DNA from: Promethearchaeia archaeon
GTDB lineage: Archaea > Asgardarchaeota > Lokiarchaeia > Sigyniarchaeales > SOKP01
NCBI GenBank assembly: GCA_029856445.1
Contig: JAHQWY010000003.1
Location: forward strand, 1-34,430
Direction: 5' to 3'
Length of the DNA stretch: 34,430 nucleotides
This document shows positions 9,400-17,829 of the stretch, piece after piece (the stretch's first letter is position 1; every line of letters starts with the position of its first letter). Under the pieces are notes generated by a model, which was given only the letters and a program-made list of their open reading frames with translations, did not search any database and was not told the origin of the DNA. A program made the position numbers and the translations under genes.

Positions 9400-10125
9400 T
9401 TGAATGAAAATCTTATGAAAGGAAATGTTGTTATAAAGATTGGTGGATCTTTACTATTTACTGAGAATAAAAAAATTAATTCAAATGAAATAGCTAAATT
9501 TTGCAGAATTTTAAAAAATAAAAAATTCACAGGAAAACTTGTTGTTATTTGCGGAGGAGGATTACTTGCAAGAGAATACATAGATGCAGTTCGATCGTTT
9601 AATGGATCAGAAGCTTTATGTGATACTTTTGGAATAGAAATTTCCCGGATTAATTCTAAATTATTAATCGCTTCCTTTCAAGATTTTGCATATCCTTTAG
9701 TGCCAAGTTCAATTGAAGAGCTTTCTAAAGCTTTACTTTTTGAGAAAATAATAGTAATGGGAGGATTACAACCAGGTCAATCAACCACTTCTGTAGCATT
9801 AGAAGTTGCTGAATTTATTGGGGCAGAGAATGTAATAGTTCTTACTGATGTAGAAGGCATATACGATAAAGATCCTAAAAAATTTACAGATGCAAAATTG
9901 CTTAAAAATCTCCACTATGATCAATTGAGGGAACTATTATTAGAAATGACTAATGATAAACAAGCTGCTGCAGGGGAGTATCGAATTTTTGACACAGTTT
10001 CTTTACAAATTCTAAAACGTAGTGATATCAGAGTTATAGTCATGTCAGGGAAAGATTTAAACAACTTTAGTAAGTTTTGGGACGGAGAAAAAGACATAAA
10101 TGGTACAGTAATCTCAAAGAAATAG
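9400..10125 (+). CDS. pyrH: UMP kinase
   Basis: KIGGS, GGGLLAREYI, MGGLQPGQSTT, TDVEGIYDKDP. Confidence 0.94.
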   Translation: MNENLMKGNVVIKIGGSLLFTENKKINSNEIAKFCRILKNKKFTGKLVVICGGGLLAREYIDAVRSFNGSEALCDTFGIEISRINSKLLIASFQDFAYPLVPSSIEELSKALLFEKIIVMGGLQPGQSTTSVALEVAEFIGAENVIVLTDVEGIYDKDPKKFTDAKLLKNLHYDQLRELLLEMTNDKQAAAGEYRIFDTVSLQILKRSDIRVIVMSGKDLNNFSKFWDGEKDINGTVISKK

Positions 10126-10190
10126 AGAAATCATAAAATATTTTAACTAATAAATTTTTATAAAAATTATTTATGGATTAGCATAAATAA

Positions 10191-10442
10191 TTGGAAAATA
10201 AAATGTCTCAATCTTCATGGAAGGATCAAATAAAAAAGAAATGGGGACCTCATAGCCATTGTCCTATTTGTGGTAAGGCTATGTCAACAGATAAAAAATT
10301 CTGTAGTCAGAATTGTAGAGATAATATGGTAGAACGTGAAAGAAAACAAAAGAAAAAGGGACGATTTCAATGTGTGTTTTTAATAGTAATGATGGTTGCT
10401 ATGATGTTATTTATGTTCATACTACCTTTAATCGGTAGTTAG
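10191..10442 (+). CDS. DUF2116-like Zn-ribbon protein with one C-terminal transmembrane helix
   Basis: PHSHCPICG...FCSQNC, basic linker, hydrophobic C-terminus; the true start may be ATG at 10203. Confidence 0.8.
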   Translation: MENKMSQSSWKDQIKKKWGPHSHCPICGKAMSTDKKFCSQNCRDNMVERERKQKKKGRFQCVFLIVMMVAMMLFMFILPLIGS

Positions 10443-10483
10443 GGAAGATTAGGCTCCAAATTAATCTCTTTAATTTTTCTTAT

Positions 10484-10527
10484 AATAATCTGATCCTAAC
10501 GTTTAAACAATTCCCAATAATCTGATC
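10484..10527. repeat. two-copy 12-bp direct repeat AATAATCTGATC
   Basis: Exact copies at 10484-10495 and 10516-10527, just 3' of tRNA-Leu. Confidence 0.7.
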
Positions 10528-10545
10528 TGGCTTTATAATTTTAAA

Positions 10546-10694
10546 TGCAGAGAGAGGGATTTCCAAAGGTTGCGAAAAGCCACAATATACCTGCCTTATT
10601 TGAACCCCCGTAGGCCTATGCCAATGGATCTTGAGTCCATCACCGCAAATCGCTTGTATCATAACAAGCTTTGACCGGGCTTGGTTATCTCTGC
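10546..10694 (-). tRNA. tRNA-Leu(CAA) with introns at 21/22 (10646-10670, 25 nt) and 59/60 (10560-10598, 39 nt)
   Basis: Acceptor GCAGAGA/TCTCTGC; anticodon arm ATGGA-CTCAAGA-TCCAT; long variable arm; both introns bounded by BHB motifs (GGTC/GATT with bulges AAA and TGC; TTCA/TGGA with bulges AAT and AAT). Confidence 0.94.
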
Positions 10695-10766
10695 ATTTTG
10701 AAATAATAATGACATGAAAGATATAAACCTTACCTTTTTTTGTTAAAAAGCAATCAACAAATATAA

Positions 10767-11129
10767 TTATTCTTTTTTCCTTACCTCATCTAAAACTTCG
10801 TTTATAAAATTAACTAAGGGTTTAATAATATCTTCCTCCTTCTCTCTATTTCTCAGAAATAAAAGGAGTAAGACAGGAGCCTCTAATACTTTGGAAGCTT
10901 TTTCAGCAATTATCGTACTTAATAATTTACTATTCATACCAAATAAATTATATGATGCTGTAGGTGATCTAATCCCCTCAACTACAGGAGGGCTCCCTAA
11001 AGTAACATTTCCTATTCCTAAATCCCGCTGATCAGAGATAAGTAACAAAAAACTCTTAAATAATTTGAAAAGATTTAAATAAATTATATTGTCATTAATT
11101 TCTATATTTCGTTCTGCCAATAATTTCAT
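10767..11129 (-). CDS. putative PAC3/PAC4 (PSMG3/4)-like proteasome assembly chaperone fold protein
   Basis: 120 aa; pattern LNLFKL..SFLLLIS...IGNVTLG...SYNLFG...LSTIIAEKASKVLEAPVLLLL resembles recalled PSMG4. Confidence 0.55.
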   Translation of the reverse strand: MKLLAERNIEINDNIIYLNLFKLFKSFLLLISDQRDLGIGNVTLGSPPVVEGIRSPTASYNLFGMNSKLLSTIIAEKASKVLEAPVLLLLFLRNREKEEDIIKPLVNFINEVLDEVRKKE

Positions 11130-11194
11130 TAATTTATCAAATATTCTTCTAATTCCGTTTTAAATGATGTGTTCAATATCTGAAGCAAAAAAAA

Positions 11195-11701
11195 TTAATC
11201 TGAGGAAATTACTACATCAGAAATTCTTTGTCTTCTAATATCAAAATCATGATCTAAATGAATTGTTATACAATGAAGATCTTTTTTTTCAAGATTTTTA
11301 TGAACATAACTTACAGGGACAACGGGTAATTCTGATTCATTAACTATTTTTTTTGGAACGGGAATAAGAATAACTGCTTCACATCTCTCACAATTAACTA
11401 AAACTACTTTCACATCAGGAGATTCAATTTTCTTATACCTTTTTAGAACATCTGGAGCTAGATCTGGAGAATCTATCGATATTTTATCTTTCTTCTTTGG
11501 GGGTTCAGGAACAGAGGGGATATGAAGATCTTTGTGTTCCTTTGTTGAATAATCTGGTTGCTCAACAATTTTTTTTGGTTTTGAATCAGTGTTTTTTGCA
11601 TCAACCTCTTTCAATTTTACTCCTCCCTGCTTTTTAGAATCATTTCGTTTATGTCTTTTTCCCTTCTTATCTAAATTTTTATCCGTTTCCAAAATTGTCA
11701 C
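11195..11701 (-). CDS. hypothetical protein with a Lys/Pro-rich disordered N-terminus and a C-terminal CxxC...H...H metal-binding domain
   Basis: VNCERC...IPVP...YVH...HCITIHLDHDFDIRR. Confidence 0.75.
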   Translation of the reverse strand: MTILETDKNLDKKGKRHKRNDSKKQGGVKLKEVDAKNTDSKPKKIVEQPDYSTKEHKDLHIPSVPEPPKKKDKISIDSPDLAPDVLKRYKKIESPDVKVVLVNCERCEAVILIPVPKKIVNESELPVVPVSYVHKNLEKKDLHCITIHLDHDFDIRRQRISDVVISSD

Positions 11702-11711
11702 TACTAGAATA

Positions 11712-11748
11712 TATTTCAGATTTAACTAATTATATCATATCTGAAATA
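11712..11748. promoter_or_regulatory. 10-bp inverted repeat with 17-nt spacer
   Basis: TATTTCAGAT (11712-11721) / ATCTGAAATA (11739-11748), between the profilin gene and the next gene; function unknown. Confidence 0.4.
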
Positions 11749-11817
11749 ATAAAAAAGTTTTGACAAAAAATCTATTATTTTTTAATAATTTGTTCAAGGT
11801 TTATATTAAAGTAAAAT

Positions 11818-12453
11818 TTAAACGCCAAAAATTTGTCGTAATTCATTATATATTTTTGATAAATCAGAAATGATTTGAGCATTATTTTGTTGAAGATAAT
11901 AACTTACATATCCAGCTAAGCCCTCACTATCCTTTATCCAATCTAAGAAGGTTTTAATCTCGCCTTGTAGTTGTGGATCTATACTAGGGGCTCCACCAAC
12001 GGCAGCTGTTCCAACAGTAGTCGAAGTTCCTCCCATTTGGGATGCTTTTTGACCTAATTGAGCACTTGAATCCATATATGGTCCTTGTGATCTCATAGAT
12101 CCAACAGCCCTTTGTACATCCATTATTGCCCCACGAGCATCCCCATCTGGCTGAAGATAGCAAATAAGTTTATGTTCATCATCCTTTGCAGCGCAAATAC
12201 TTCCTTCGCCTTTTAAAGATATCGCGACCATACGTTCAGTCTCCATCTGCAATATCGAATATTTTACTCCTGAAACCATAATAAATTGAGCATTTTGACC
12301 CATCCAACTTGATACTACTCTATCAACATCTCCACTAATATCCCAGTTGTCTGTGCTATATATAATTTGTTTCCCTTTAATTACTGTTGCTGCTATAATG
12401 TTAGGATCTGATTGCATTAAATTATATACTGCGGTTGCAGGATCTACTGGCAT
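11818..12453 (-). CDS. Asgard profilin with a ~90-aa C-terminal extension
   Basis: IIYSTDNWDIS, VSGVKYSIL..ETER, GEGSI, CYLQP.G..R...VQ follow the recalled Loki-profilin pattern over aa 1-~122; GGAG SD upstream. Confidence 0.85.
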   Translation of the reverse strand: MPVDPATAVYNLMQSDPNIIAATVIKGKQIIYSTDNWDISGDVDRVVSSWMGQNAQFIMVSGVKYSILQMETERMVAISLKGEGSICAAKDDEHKLICYLQPDGDARGAIMDVQRAVGSMRSQGPYMDSSAQLGQKASQMGGTSTTVGTAAVGGAPSIDPQLQGEIKTFLDWIKDSEGLAGYVSYYLQQNNAQIISDLSKIYNELRQIFGV

Positions 12454-12573
12454 CTTTTTCTCCTTTTTTATGGTTTTGTTATAGACTTGTAAAAATTAGC
12501 GAAATTACATTTTATTATAAAATAATTATAAACTGATTTTTTAAAAATTTATCTATAACATTAATATAGCATT

Positions 12574-13038
12574 TTATTTCTTTTTTTTAATATTTATTTT
12601 GCCAAATTTTGGTTTATTATACAATTTATATTTATCAGAATTTTCTTGGTTTTTTTCTTGATATCCTAATTCAAAATTTAGTTTATTTTTATCGAAATTA
12701 TGGTGCAAATCATCTCGATTTCTCATATTTTTGAGGTGATCATTAAGATTTTTGGGATTTTTGAATAATTTTCCACAAGCAGGACAACTTGGTGACTCCT
12801 TTTCTAGAAGTCCTTTAGGCGTTGTAACAATGACAGGAAAATCCTTTTTTACTACGGGTTGACCTTTAGTATACCGACAAAAATGTTTAACCAATTTTCC
12901 ATATGGGGGATAATTAAAAAAAATCTTACTTCCATGCCGGCATTCCCAATATAATACATCTGCACCACATTTTGAGCATTTTGTTTGAAAAGATCGAAGA
13001 TAACAATGTTTTCCGTGTGATTTATAATAATGTCGCAT
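12574..13038 (-). CDS. Zn-finger protein (N-terminal Cys/His cluster plus C2H2-like finger)
   Basis: CSKC...ECRHG...HFC and CPACGKLFKNPKNLNDHL...H. Confidence 0.75.
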   Translation of the reverse strand: MRHYYKSHGKHCYLRSFQTKCSKCGADVLYWECRHGSKIFFNYPPYGKLVKHFCRYTKGQPVVKKDFPVIVTTPKGLLEKESPSCPACGKLFKNPKNLNDHLKNMRNRDDLHHNFDKNKLNFELGYQEKNQENSDKYKLYNKPKFGKINIKKKK

Positions 13039-13197
13039 TATATTAAGAGAAAGAACAAACTTATTAAAATGTTTCGATCTATAGTGAAAACCAAAAATTA
13101 AAAATTAAGATCATTATTAATGGATAAATCCTCAAAACGCAAATATTTATATTTGCAAGATTAATTATGAGAATTAAAGAATAGAATTTTTAAAGGG

Positions 13198-14136
13198 TTG
13201 AATTTGGTGGATCTTTCAATACCTCAAAAAAATTTAAATTTATGCCCAGAATGTGGTAACAAAAATTTAATCTCTGACGATACACGCGGTGAGGTTGTTT
13301 GCAATGATTGTGGTTTAGTTTTAAGCCAAAGAGTCATAGATTCTGGCCCTGAATGGCGAGCATTCACTTCTGAAGAGGCAAATAGGAAAGTTAGAGTTGG
13401 AGCACCTACAACTTTAACTCTCCATGATAAAGGATTAAGTACTATGATAGGTTGGAAGAATAAGGATGCTTTCGGGAAAACAATCAGTCCAAAAATGAAA
13501 GCTGAGGTCTATCGTTTAAGGAAATGGCATGTCAGAACCCGAACTAATAAATCTATTGATAGAAACCTAGCATATGCTATGAATGAATTAGATCGATTTG
13601 CTTCACAACTTAATCTTTCTAAAGACATTAAGGAATCTGCAGCTCACATCTACAGAAAAATGGCGAATAAAAATTTAATCAGAGGGAGATCGATTGAAGC
13701 AATGTTGATTGCATCCATTTACCTATCCTGTAGACTAAATAATATACCAAAAACTCTCGATGATTTTATAGAATTTGCTTCAGTTGACAAAAAAAAGATC
13801 GCACGATGTTATAGACTTATACTAAATGAGCTTAAATTAAACATACATGTTTCTTCTCCGATAAATTTCATCCCTCGATTTTGTGCTGATTTAAAATTAT
13901 CTGGTAGAACTCAAAACAGAGCTGCATCGATTCTAGAGCTTGCTAAAATGCATCGAATTACAGCAGGAAAGGCTCCAACCGGTTTAGCAGGTGCAGCATT
14001 ATATGTTGCTGCGATACAAGAAGGAGAAAGGCGAACTCAAAAAGAGATTTCAATCACAGCAGGAGTTACTGAAGCAACCATCCGAAATAGATACAAAGAA
14101 TTAGTAAATCATTTGAAATTCAATTTAAACGTTTAA
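13198..14136 (+). CDS. tfb: transcription initiation factor IIB
   Basis: Zn ribbon CPECG...CNDCG, GPEWRAF, HDKGLST, cyclin repeats, VTEATIRNRYKEL. Confidence 0.97.
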   Translation: MNLVDLSIPQKNLNLCPECGNKNLISDDTRGEVVCNDCGLVLSQRVIDSGPEWRAFTSEEANRKVRVGAPTTLTLHDKGLSTMIGWKNKDAFGKTISPKMKAEVYRLRKWHVRTRTNKSIDRNLAYAMNELDRFASQLNLSKDIKESAAHIYRKMANKNLIRGRSIEAMLIASIYLSCRLNNIPKTLDDFIEFASVDKKKIARCYRLILNELKLNIHVSSPINFIPRFCADLKLSGRTQNRAASILELAKMHRITAGKAPTGLAGAALYVAAIQEGERRTQKEISITAGVTEATIRNRYKELVNHLKFNLNV

Positions 14137-14169
14137 TAAAGGACCAATAATTTTAGAAAATGTTTAATT

Positions 14170-14319
14170 TTAACGAACTTTAATTCGTTTTATTACATCT
14201 GGTCTTTTCTTATATAAAATCCGAAATCCACAGTGAGAACATTTAATACCTGGAAGTGCGCTCAATTCTTTTTTACTTACTTCTTTCCCGCAACTCTTTC
14301 TAGCACACACATATTTCAT
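14170..14319 (-). CDS. rpoP: DNA-directed RNA polymerase subunit P (Rpo12), absent from ORF track
   Basis: Hand translation MKYVCARKSCGKEVSKKELSALPGIKCSHCGFRILYKKRPDVIKRIKVR* (49 aa). Confidence 0.93.
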   Translation of the reverse strand: MKYVCARKSCGKEVSKKELSALPGIKCSHCGFRILYKKRPDVIKRIKVR

Positions 14320-14417
14320 ATTATATTCAAATATTTTATGATTAAAATATTTTTTGCTTAAGAACAGTAAAATTGAAAAATTTAATGAAAAAGAAGTTGA
14401 TTATAAATTATTAGGTA

Positions 14418-15227
14418 CTAAATATAAAGCGATTTTCTTTTATCCTCTGTATCCACAACCTGGAGAGTATCAAGATCTTTTTCTAATTGATCTTTCTTAA
14501 TTTGAAGGTTTTTAGTTATATCTTCAATATTTTCTAGCGAATATTTCTTTTTAATTGGCAATGTAAACGATTTTTTAAGCATTTCTAAAAGTGTGATTGA
14601 TGCTCTTAAATCAGTAATATCCTCATTAACCATAGCCATATTATCTGTTTCAGCGAGAAAAACTAAACCATCAATATTAAATCGTGCTTTTGCTAGCGTT
14701 GGAATTAATCCATTTGCACCAATTATCACACCTTTCTGAATTTTTTGGCAATTAGTTACAACTAAATAATTTTCTAAAATTTCTCGATTTGTAGAGCTAA
14801 CAAATATTTGTGGAGTTTTTGAATTAAGTTTTCGACTGCTCACAGGATAAGCACCAAGCGCAACTATAAGTTTTATCCCGTACTGATTAATTATTTCTGT
14901 AAGGAAATTGGAGATACGATAAATTCCCTTAGGTGTTAAACTTTGAGCATCAGCAGTTATTAAAATAATATCTCTTAATTCATTTGGGTCTTTCCAAAAT
15001 AAAATTTCTGCTTTAGGAGCAGATAAGATACTATCATCAACTATCGCTCCTGCAGGATAATCATCAAAAATAATATCCATTAAATTTTGAGCATTAAGTT
15101 GCCCTATTAATGAATCTAAAGCAAATTTACCTACATCGGCAATTCCTGGCATTCCTAAGATACATAATGGCTTTATGAATTGTTTCTTAGAAAGGTCGAC
15201 ATGTTGAATAATTCTTATACCTTCCAT
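14418..15227 (-). CDS. PAC2-family proteasome assembly chaperone (PbaA/B-like)
   Basis: GMPGIADVGK, IIGANGLIP, FLAET. Confidence 0.85.
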   Translation of the reverse strand: MEGIRIIQHVDLSKKQFIKPLCILGMPGIADVGKFALDSLIGQLNAQNLMDIIFDDYPAGAIVDDSILSAPKAEILFWKDPNELRDIILITADAQSLTPKGIYRISNFLTEIINQYGIKLIVALGAYPVSSRKLNSKTPQIFVSSTNREILENYLVVTNCQKIQKGVIIGANGLIPTLAKARFNIDGLVFLAETDNMAMVNEDITDLRASITLLEMLKKSFTLPIKKKYSLENIEDITKNLQIKKDQLEKDLDTLQVVDTEDKRKSLYI

Positions 15228-15447
15228 AGATTAAACCTTCTTTTCACAAAAATATATCTAATAATAGGGTATTTTTATCAGTTTAAAATGGATATATTAT
15301 CCTCGTAGAATTTTAAAATCATCATGATAATACGCTTTTAAAGCGCTCGATCACAATATTTCAATATTATCCAAAAATTAATTTTTAGGTACAGCTTAAA
15401 TATCTTAATATAAAACTCAGTTTTTGTTTAAAGAAAGAAGAATATAA

Positions 15448-16047
15448 ATGACAAATTTAGAATATAAGTGTCAATTGTGCGGAACATGTTGCCATGAGAT
15501 TCCTGGAGAATATGTTAAAAGGATTCCTATATATCCAGACGAAGCAGATAGATTAATTGAAATAGCCAAAAAAAGAAATGTTGATTTCAGGATAATCGAA
15601 GATTTAGTCTTTCCAGATATAAAAAACGAAAAAATAATGGTCCTAACTTATCGAATAAGGTTAGATAATGAATCAAAAGGTTGCCCTTTTTATAGTAAAA
15701 CAACAGGTTGCACAATCCAGGATGTTAAACCTTTAGCTTGTCAAGCATATCCATTAGCTTTAAAACGACTTGATGCATTTAATTTTGCAATATCTATTGA
15801 TCCTTTATGTAATTTTGTTATTATGAATTACGATGAGTTAGAGAAAACCGATTTGGAAAAATTAAGAGAAATTTTTAAAGAAGAATATCCAAAAGCAGAA
15901 AATTTTTACCGAAAAAACAAAAAGCTTATGTTTAAAATTAGAAAATTAGAGGTTACTAACAAAATTAAAATCCCTCACGAAATAAATTTGGAGAACTTCA
16001 ATGATTATCTAAAAAGATGGAATCGTACAGAGATTAGAGTAAACTAA
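15448..16047 (+). CDS. YkgJ-family Cys-cluster (Zn/Fe-S) protein
   Basis: CQLCGTCC, CPFY....CTI...KPLACQAYP. Confidence 0.88.
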   Translation: MTNLEYKCQLCGTCCHEIPGEYVKRIPIYPDEADRLIEIAKKRNVDFRIIEDLVFPDIKNEKIMVLTYRIRLDNESKGCPFYSKTTGCTIQDVKPLACQAYPLALKRLDAFNFAISIDPLCNFVIMNYDELEKTDLEKLREIFKEEYPKAENFYRKNKKLMFKIRKLEVTNKIKIPHEINLENFNDYLKRWNRTEIRVN

Positions 16048-16075
16048 TTTTGTTTCTGTGAATATTGGGATGAAT

Positions 16076-16468
16076 CTAAATTTTTAACTTTAAATCTTTA
16101 ATTAACTCTTTGAATTTGCTCTCTTCCAATTCTTTTTCATAGAATTTATTAAAACCTTCACTTATCACCTGGGCTAATATATGCTTACAGAATTTCCTTT
16201 TTTTATGTACAACAACGTTTTTATAGAAATCTTGACAAGAACAGAATAATCTTGGATAGATCAAATGTTCTTGATTTTCACCCATAGCAGTCCAAACGAT
16301 CCTATTTGACGGCGTGTAGATATATTTTGTAATTCCTCTTTTTAATACCTCTAATACGTCGTTAGATTTATCGGGAAATATGTTTTCTATGAATGAGATA
16401 AAATCTTCGTCAATTAATTGCTTTTGTTTCGCTTGTTCAAAAACCTTCAATAATAAATCTTTTGACAT
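16076..16468 (-). CDS. SWIM Zn-finger protein (SWS1/ZSWIM7-like)
   Basis: PSNRIVW...FCSCQDF...CKHILA. Confidence 0.85.
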   Translation of the reverse strand: MSKDLLLKVFEQAKQKQLIDEDFISFIENIFPDKSNDVLEVLKRGITKYIYTPSNRIVWTAMGENQEHLIYPRLFCSCQDFYKNVVVHKKRKFCKHILAQVISEGFNKFYEKELEESKFKELIKDLKLKI

Positions 16469-16519
16469 TTTCTCTAATATAGTAATAGTATCAATAAATA
16501 AAAAACGATCATCAAAATA

Positions 16520-17809
16520 TTGAATAATATATTATATCTTCCAACTCGATATTTCCCAGCCATTTCTGGCGCCGAATTCTATTTCCAAAGAATGGCAGAG
16601 ATATTAACTTCGAAATACAATTATAAAATAGATATTTATACTTCAAATGCTATAGATTTTAAAGCTTTACGAGATCCCAAAGGGAAGGTATTAAAACCCG
16701 ATAATAAATTATTCCATAAGGTAAATTCCCTGAAAATAAAAAGATTTCCAATAAATTATAACCTTTCAGAAAATGAGATTTATCAAAGGCTAAAAAATAT
16801 TGAGTCTTTTAATTCGTTAAATCTCAGTAGAGAATGTGTAACAAAATTTATTAAAAATGGACCATATTTAGAAGATTTAATAAAGTTCTTCATTACTAGT
16901 AATGAAGAGAATTATGATTTGATTCATACAACATTTTTCCCATATTTTAATTTAGTTATTTGTTTACTCTTTGGAAAAATTTTAGAAGTCCCCACGATTT
17001 GTACGCCCTTTTTTCATTTTTCAAATCCACGATATTCAGATTCAGTTTTAAATAAAATATTAAGCAAGTTTGATCGGATTATTGCTTGTACATATATTGA
17101 AAAAAAGATCTTAGTTGATAAATTTAAAATTCAAAACGAAAAGATAGACGTTATTCCTATGGGTGTAGATGATAAAATATTCAGAAGTAACCGTAAAATG
17201 CAAACAAATCATTATAAATTTAAAGAACACTTTTTCCATGAAAAGGAAAAAAAATTTAGATTAATACTTTATTGTGGTAACAAAAATTACGAAAAAGGAG
17301 CTATTAGCATTTTAAAATCCATTCCTCTAATTCTTGAAAAAATCAAAAATGTATATTTTGTATTTATTGGACCTTCAAGTAAAGCTTACAATCGTGAATT
17401 ATCTAAAATTCTAAAATTTAAACGTGCTAGAATAATCAATTTTACTCCAGATAATTTAACAGGTTATTATGATAAAAAAAAAATAGCAGCCTTTAAAGAA
17501 GCTGATTTATATTTAATGCCTAGTAGAACTGATGCTTTTGGAATTGCCTTTTTAGAGGCTTGGGCTGCTGGAATACCAGTTATTGGAGCAAGAATAGGTG
17601 CAACTCCGGAAGTAATAAGAGAAAACATTGATGGGCTTTTAGTTGAATTTGATAATCCTCTAGATATTGCCCAAAAAGTTATCAAACTGATAAAAAATAA
17701 AAGGTTGAAAAAGAAGCTTGGATTATCTGGTCAACATAGAGTTTCCCAAAGTTATACATGGGACATAATTGCTAAAAAAACGCATAATACATATCAAAAC
17801 TTATTATGA
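16520..17809 (+). CDS. GT4-family glycosyltransferase
   Basis: YFPAISGAE; PSRTDAFGIAFLEAWAAGIPVIG; YTWD. Confidence 0.92.
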   Translation: MNNILYLPTRYFPAISGAEFYFQRMAEILTSKYNYKIDIYTSNAIDFKALRDPKGKVLKPDNKLFHKVNSLKIKRFPINYNLSENEIYQRLKNIESFNSLNLSRECVTKFIKNGPYLEDLIKFFITSNEENYDLIHTTFFPYFNLVICLLFGKILEVPTICTPFFHFSNPRYSDSVLNKILSKFDRIIACTYIEKKILVDKFKIQNEKIDVIPMGVDDKIFRSNRKMQTNHYKFKEHFFHEKEKKFRLILYCGNKNYEKGAISILKSIPLILEKIKNVYFVFIGPSSKAYNRELSKILKFKRARIINFTPDNLTGYYDKKKIAAFKEADLYLMPSRTDAFGIAFLEAWAAGIPVIGARIGATPEVIRENIDGLLVEFDNPLDIAQKVIKLIKNKRLKKKLGLSGQHRVSQSYTWDIIAKKTHNTYQNLL

Positions 17810-17829
17810 TCATAAAGTTGATGAAATAA

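Noticed and set aside
10484-10527. Direct repeat as a mini-CRISPR array
   Set aside because: Only two 12-bp copies with a 20-nt gap and no cas genes.
10480-10662. 60-aa minus-strand ORF
   Set aside because: Overlaps the two-intron tRNA-Leu gene, which explains the sequence.
10440-10715. GC-rich intergenic stretch first considered as RNase P or SRP RNA
   Set aside because: It resolves into tRNA-Leu(CAA) with two BHB introns.
15333-15345. Palindrome CGCTTT-T-AAAGCG in the PAC2/YkgJ divergent gap
   Set aside because: Six-bp arms are too short to distinguish from chance without comparative data.
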